A stretch of 64,000 nucleotides of DNA, taken from positions 896,001 to 960,000 of the forward strand of contig CAWFQK010000004.1 of NCBI GenBank assembly GCA_963817955.1, in the 5' to 3' direction. Of this stretch, positions 59,707 through 64,000 are shown one piece after another; positions within the stretch are counted from its first letter, which is position 1, and each line of letters starts with the position of its first letter. The translations under genes and the position numbers were made by a program. The notes under the pieces were generated by a model, which did not search any database, had not been told where the DNA came from, and saw nothing but the letters and a program-made list of their open reading frames with translations. Source of the stretch: an uncultured Gemmatimonadaceae bacterium. Its GTDB lineage: Bacteria > Gemmatimonadota > Gemmatimonadetes > Gemmatimonadales > Gemmatimonadaceae.

Positions 59707-60335
59707 TTGCCTGACGGAACCGCGAACACACTACTGAAGCTGCGAAGGTAGATCGCCAGCGAGTACAGCGTCAGGATGACCGCGGCGACCATCACGATCG
59801 TACCGACGGTGCCGTTGAACAGCGCGAATCCGTGCCACGCGGCGTTCGACCATCCCCGCGTGGAGGCGAGCGTCGCGGCCCAGAACCAGAAATACGCAGA
59901 GCCCTGCCACACAAGCTGGAATCCTGTCTTCAACTTCGCGGGCCCGATGGCCGCGATGACCACGCCACGCCGGGCCGCTGCCTGCCGGAAGATGGTCATG
60001 AACACTTCGCGACCGAGCACGACGACGACGATCCAGAGCGGCAGTCCGACCAGCCCGAAGGGCGTGACGAACGGGAAGGTGCCGGCGAGCAGATACATCG
60101 GCACGAACGTGCCGACGAGGAGCGCCTTGTCTGCCAGCGGGTCGAGGAGACGCCCGAGGTCGGTTTCTTGCTGGCGCGAGCGGGCAAGCCTGCCGTCGAT
60201 GTAATCCGTGATCGCCGCAATCGTGAACAGCACGAACGCCGTCAAGCGTAACGTCCACGAATTGGCGAACGGCAATGCCGCAATGAGCGGCGTGACGGCG
60301 ATGCGGCCGACGGTGAGCGCGTTCGGCAAATTCAT
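59703..60335 (-). CDS. pgsA: CDP-alcohol phosphatidyltransferase (PGP synthase)
   Basis: MNLPNALT, TDYIDGRLAR..T.LG.LLDPLADK. Confidence 0.9.
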   Translation of the reverse strand: MNLPNALTVGRIAVTPLIAALPFANSWTLRLTAFVLFTIAAITDYIDGRLARSRQQETDLGRLLDPLADKALLVGTFVPMYLLAGTFPFVTPFGLVGLPLWIVVVVLGREVFMTIFRQAAARRGVVIAAIGPAKLKTGFQLVWQGSAYFWFWAATLASTRGWSNAAWHGFALFNGTVGTIVMVAAVILTLYSLAIYLRSFSSVFAVPSGK

Positions 60336-60345
60336 GAGCAGGATC

Positions 60346-61023
60346 TCAGGCGAGCGACTTGAGCACCAACTTACTCACGGCTTTGAGCGTATCGAACACG
60401 CCTTCGCCCGTGACTGCCACCGCCTCGAAGTACTGCGCACGCTCGATCCATTCGCCCGACGACAGTTGGTCAATCAGGTTCTCGCCGCCGTGGTACGGAT
60501 CCGACGCCACGCGCATCTTTGATGCGTCGCTGACCTCCCATCCGGGGTTCAGCGCGCTTTGCAGATCTCGTATTGGAGATGCGTTTGGAAGGTCGCGCTT
60601 GTTGTACTGAATCACGAACGGCATCTTCGTGAGATCGTACCCGTATTCCGCCATGTTGTCGTACAGGTTCTGCATGGCCTCCTGGTTCGCCTCCGTGCGC
60701 TCGATCTGCGAGTCGCCCACGAACACGATGCCGTCCACGCCCTTGAGAATGAGCTTGCGGCTGGCGTTGTAATACACTTGGCCGGGCACCGTGTAGAGAT
60801 GGAAGCGCGTCTTGAAGCCACGGATCGTGCCGAGATCCACCGGCAGGAAATCGAAGAACAGCGTGCGTTCCGTTTCCGTGGCCAGCGAAATCAGCTTTCC
60901 GCGCGTGTCCGGCTGCACCTGCTTGTAGACGTGTTCGAGATTCGTCGTCTTGCCGCCCAGCCCCGGGCCATAGTACACGATCTTGCAGTTGATCTCGCGT
61001 GACGCGTAGTTGATCATCGACAT
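60346..61023 (-). CDS. mglA: MglA small GTPase
   Basis: [36 protein letters not shown]. Confidence 0.95.
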   Translation of the reverse strand: MSMINYASREINCKIVYYGPGLGGKTTNLEHVYKQVQPDTRGKLISLATETERTLFFDFLPVDLGTIRGFKTRFHLYTVPGQVYYNASRKLILKGVDGIVFVGDSQIERTEANQEAMQNLYDNMAEYGYDLTKMPFVIQYNKRDLPNASPIRDLQSALNPGWEVSDASKMRVASDPYHGGENLIDQLSSGEWIERAQYFEAVAVTGEGVFDTLKAVSKLVLKSLA

Positions 61024-61036
61024 GGCTGCGATCCTC

Positions 61037-61522
61037 TTATTGGAACAGCTTGTCGATCTCGTCGTCTGCGCCGGCGAGAATGTTGGGGGCCGACGCCGCA
61101 TTCGCGGCGCGCGAGAATATTTGCGTAAAGAGCTGCGTGAGCTCCATCACCGTCTGCTTCATTTTGAGGCGCACCAGCCCGAGCGTGGTGCGATTATCGA
61201 ACAGCACGACGAGGATGACCCGGCGCGCGATGTCGGCCAGGTACATCGATTCCTTCTCGCCCTGGTGGAACAGCGAATTGAAATCGTTCTCCCCGATCAA
61301 TTTCGCCAGTTGATCGTTGGCGCTGAAGTCGGCCGCGGTGAGCGTGGCGAACGCGGTCGGATCGAAGTCCGGCCGATCGCCTACGGTCGCCACGAGCTGT
61401 CCGGTGCGATCGACCAGCAGCGCGCAGCGCGCGTTGCAGTCGGTCAGCAACCGCTCCAACGCGTGCGTGATCGAGCCAAAATCGTCTTCGGTGAACGACC
61501 AACTGGCTGCGCCGACGGCCAT
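61037..61522 (-). CDS. mglB: MglB roadblock/LC7 GAP
   Basis: [31 protein letters not shown]. Confidence 0.93.
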   Translation of the reverse strand: MAVGAASWSFTEDDFGSITHALERLLTDCNARCALLVDRTGQLVATVGDRPDFDPTAFATLTAADFSANDQLAKLIGENDFNSLFHQGEKESMYLADIARRVILVVLFDNRTTLGLVRLKMKQTVMELTQLFTQIFSRAANAASAPNILAGADDEIDKLFQ

Positions 61523-61535
61523 CGCGTGTCCGGTC

Positions 61536-61811
61536 CTAATCGAGGTGAGCGTGCATGCGGCGGAGAATGCGCTCGCCGCGGCGCCGCAGCACCGGGTGAC
61601 GTTCCCAACCGACATAGTCCGTGAGAATGCGGGCCGTGTCGAGCCCCGGCTGGCCGCCGAGGTATCCCAGCGCTGCCAAGCGCTTCACTGGAGACTTGCT
61701 GAACAGCTCTCGGCGCGATCGCTGTATCTGCGCACTCCAAGCTATTGCCCCTAATACTAGACCGCCAAGGAAGCCGACGGTCACGGCGGTGGCATGACGG
61801 CGGACCCTCAC
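61536..61811 (-). CDS. Small membrane-anchored hypothetical protein
   Basis: N-terminal TM; overlaps the recR stop; directly upstream of mglB. Confidence 0.75.
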   Translation of the reverse strand: MRVRRHATAVTVGFLGGLVLGAIAWSAQIQRSRRELFSKSPVKRLAALGYLGGQPGLDTARILTDYVGWERHPVLRRRGERILRRMHAHLD

Positions 61812-62407
61812 ATTGCCCTCCGCGCGGAAAGCGCCTGAGCAATCGTTACACCATCAGCGTATTCGAGATCGCCGCCCACCGGCAGGCCGCGCGCAATGCG
61901 CGATACGGTCACACCGCGTGGCGCGAGCTGGCGCTGAACATACAGCGCCGTCGCCTCGCCCTCGAGGCTCGGATTCGTCGCAATGATCACTTCGCGCACC
62001 TCCTCCTCCCCCGTTCCCTTGTCCAATCGCTCGAGCAGCGCGCCCACCGTCAAGTCCTCCGGGCCCACGCCGTCGAGGGGCGCAAGTCGGCCGCCCAGCA
62101 CATGGTACAATCCGCGAAACTCCGCAGCCCGCTCGATTGCACCGATATCCGACGCCTGCTCCACGACGCAGATGATCGACGCGTCCCGGCGCGGGTCGCG
62201 GCAAATTGCGCACAACTCCTCTTCCGTCAGGTTGAAACACTGCGCACACGGCTTAACGCGTTCACCCAGGGTCAGGAGCGCCTCCGCAAGTCGGCGCGTC
62301 TGGTCGGGCGATTGCCGCAGTAAGTGATAGGTGAGGCGCTGCGCCGTCTTCCGGCCGATGCCCGGTAGACGCGACAGCTCCATCACGAGATCGTCGATCG
62401 CGGGCAT
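61808..62407 (-). CDS. recR: Recombination mediator RecR
   Basis: LPGIGRKTAQR, C4 zinc finger, Toprim EGEATA, GLPVGGDLEY. Confidence 0.96.
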   Translation of the reverse strand: MPAIDDLVMELSRLPGIGRKTAQRLTYHLLRQSPDQTRRLAEALLTLGERVKPCAQCFNLTEEELCAICRDPRRDASIICVVEQASDIGAIERAAEFRGLYHVLGGRLAPLDGVGPEDLTVGALLERLDKGTGEEEVREVIIATNPSLEGEATALYVQRQLAPRGVTVSRIARGLPVGGDLEYADGVTIAQALSARRAM

Positions 62408-62419
62408 GGTCAGGCAGTG

Positions 62420-62737
62420 TTAGAAGGGCAGTTTGAACGGCAGTTGCATGCCGCCCGTGAGCTTGCCCATCTCGTCCTGCGCCATCTTCTGCGCCTTCTG
62501 CTGCGCGTCAGAGATGGCGACCACCACGAGATCTTCCAGCATCTCGACATCGGCGGGATTCACCACGCCCGGATCGAGCTTGATCTTCCTGATCTGTCCG
62601 GTACCGCTGACCTCGACGCTCACCATGCCGCCGCCGGAAGCACCCGTCACCGTCTTTTGCTGGAGCTCGTCCTGTATCTTCTGAAAGCGACCCTGCATTT
62701 CCTGCGCTTGCTGCAGGATTTTCATGAAATCGGGCAT
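62420..62737 (-). CDS. ybaB: YbaB/EbfC nucleoid-associated protein
   Basis: QAQEMQ, GASGGGMV, DVEMLEDL. Confidence 0.94.
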   Translation of the reverse strand: MPDFMKILQQAQEMQGRFQKIQDELQQKTVTGASGGGMVSVEVSGTGQIRKIKLDPGVVNPADVEMLEDLVVVAISDAQQKAQKMAQDEMGKLTGGMQLPFKLPF

Positions 62738-62749
62738 GGAGAACCGTGG

Positions 62750-62838
62750 CTAATTGCTAGTTGCGAATTGCTGGTCGTTGGTCGCCCACGATTACCGGTC
62801 ACGATCAACCGGGAACCAGTAACCAGGCACCGAGCAAC
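62750..62838. repeat. Degenerate heptamer tracts in the dnaX-ybaB gap
   Basis: CTAATTG CTAGTTG CGAATTG CTGGTCG TTGGTCG ... ACCGGTC ACGATCA ACCGGGA ACCAGTA ACCAGGC ACCGAGC. Confidence 0.55.
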
Positions 62839-62872
62839 GCCCCCAAAGCTACCGCTCGCGCGGGAGGCGTCG

Positions 62873-64000
62873 CTAGTCCGTGACGTCCAGATCGAGAGCG
62901 TCGATTGCCGCGTTCAACACGGGATCGCGCTTGCGCAGCGACGCGATGCGCTCGGCGCGCACCATTTCGTCGGTCAGACGTTTCGGCGACGTCGTCGGCG
63001 TCTGCTCGTCGCGCCGCAAGATGATCCGTTCGACGCCGGAAAACGATTCGCGAAGGATGGCGACGATCTCCTGGCTGCCGCCGCCGATGGCGTGCGCGTA
63101 AATGTCGTTTGCCTCATCCAGTTCGATCGTGACGGCGCCGCCAGCGTTCACGGAGATGGGAGACGAATGCTCCAGTGCGCTGGCAAGCATCGGCTTTCCC
63201 CCACTACGAACGCGCTCCACGAGCGCATCCCACTCGCCCGTGAGTTGGGCAACGTCAGGAATGGAGACTGACGCGGAACGAGAGGACGGCGGCACCGCCC
63301 GCCTCGGAGCGAGAGCAGCCGTCGGGACGGCGGCCGTTGTCGACCCACGGTCGACGACCGGCGCCCGAACCGACGCACGCGGCGCACTCGGCGCACTCTG
63401 GTCGCCCTCCCCTCGCCGTTCGCCACTCTGCCAGGACTCGGCGCGCGGGGCGGGACGCGGCTCAGAACGGACGAAAGGGCTCGGATCGCCGCCTCGCCCG
63501 GCGGAGGCCTGTCCGCCGAGCGATCGCAGGACGGCTTCCAACTCCACGGATCGGTCGAGCAACGCAAATCGAACGAGCAAGGTCTCGACGAGAAGCTGCT
63601 GCTGCCCGCTCTTGCGGAACCGCGGCTCCAATTCGCCAATCGCCTGGAGCATGCGCAACAGGTCGGCTGCAGTGAACCGCGTGCACCTCTCCTCCAGTGC
63701 TCCGTGTACGCGCTCGGAGACTTCCGTCGCCTTGCCGCCGAGGACGACGGTGAGCTGCGCCCGCAGCATTTCGGCCAGGCCCATCAGGAAACCGCCGAAA
63801 TCAACGCCCGCCTCGGCGAGACGGGACACTGCCGGAAACACGTCGGCTGCCCGCCGATCGGCGATCAGATCGACGATGGCGATGTATTCGTCTTCCGGTA
63901 CGAGGCCGAGCGCGTCGCGCACGTGCTCCGCCGTGACGCGTCCGTCGCCCATGGAGAGCACCTGATCCGTGATGCTCAGGGCATCGCGCATCGATCCGTC
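62873..64000 (-). CDS. dnaX: DNA polymerase III gamma/tau, 3' part
   Basis: DGSMRDALSITDQ; dnaX-ybaB-recR order. Confidence 0.92.
   Translation of the reverse strand, partial: DGSMRDALSITDQVLSMGDGRVTAEHVRDALGLVPEDEYIAIVDLIADRRAADVFPAVSRLAEAGVDFGGFLMGLAEMLRAQLTVVLGGKATEVSERVHGALEERCTRFTAADLLRMLQAIGELEPRFRKSGQQQLLVETLLVRFALLDRSVELEAVLRSLGGQASAGRGGDPSPFVRSEPRPAPRAESWQSGERRGEGDQSAPSAPRASVRAPVVDRGSTTAAVPTAALAPRRAVPPSSRSASVSIPDVAQLTGEWDALVERVRSGGKPMLASALEHSSPISVNAGGAVTIELDEANDIYAHAIGGGSQEIVAILRESFSGVERIILRRDEQTPTTSPKRLTDEMVRAERIASLRKRDPVLNAAIDALDLDVTD

Noticed and set aside
62873..64000. dnaX gamma-producing slippery site or SRP RNA
   Set aside because: No A6G or long A/T run seen; the upstream region is outside the window
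1..64000. tRNA, rRNA or known riboswitches
   Set aside because: No recognisable conserved motifs in intergenic regions by eye; a covariance-model scan was not possible

Overview
GC-rich (~66% by eye) bacterial chromosomal segment, mostly housekeeping. Gene content and order (dnaX-ybaB-recR-hyp-mglB-mglA-pgsA-cinA-grpE-dnaJ; TolC/MacAB-type exporter next to bshB1-iscS-mnmA; prmC-prfA-rpmE) suggest Gemmatimonadota; this is an inference, not a database result. About 55 CDS and one IS481-family element; no rRNA, tRNA or CRISPR array seen. Ten single-base +1 insertions break five genes and look like long-read errors. The most unusual signals are non-coding: (i) a ~113-bp G·U-rich hairpin element with heptamer tails, in 3 full copies plus 1 inverted partial copy, with the IS481 inside one cluster; (ii) a 15x21-bp repeat leader whose reading frame stops inside an intrinsic-terminator hairpin just upstream of an orphan 245-aa gene (attenuator-like); (iii) several families of intergenic heptamer arrays; (iv) seven genes with a TANNNT -10 box exactly 6 nt before the start codon (probable leaderless mRNAs); (v) a CRP box linking a Crp gene to an MBL hydrolase/CsgG-like/HD-GYP cluster; (vi) a G12 tract in a SpoIID lipoprotein.
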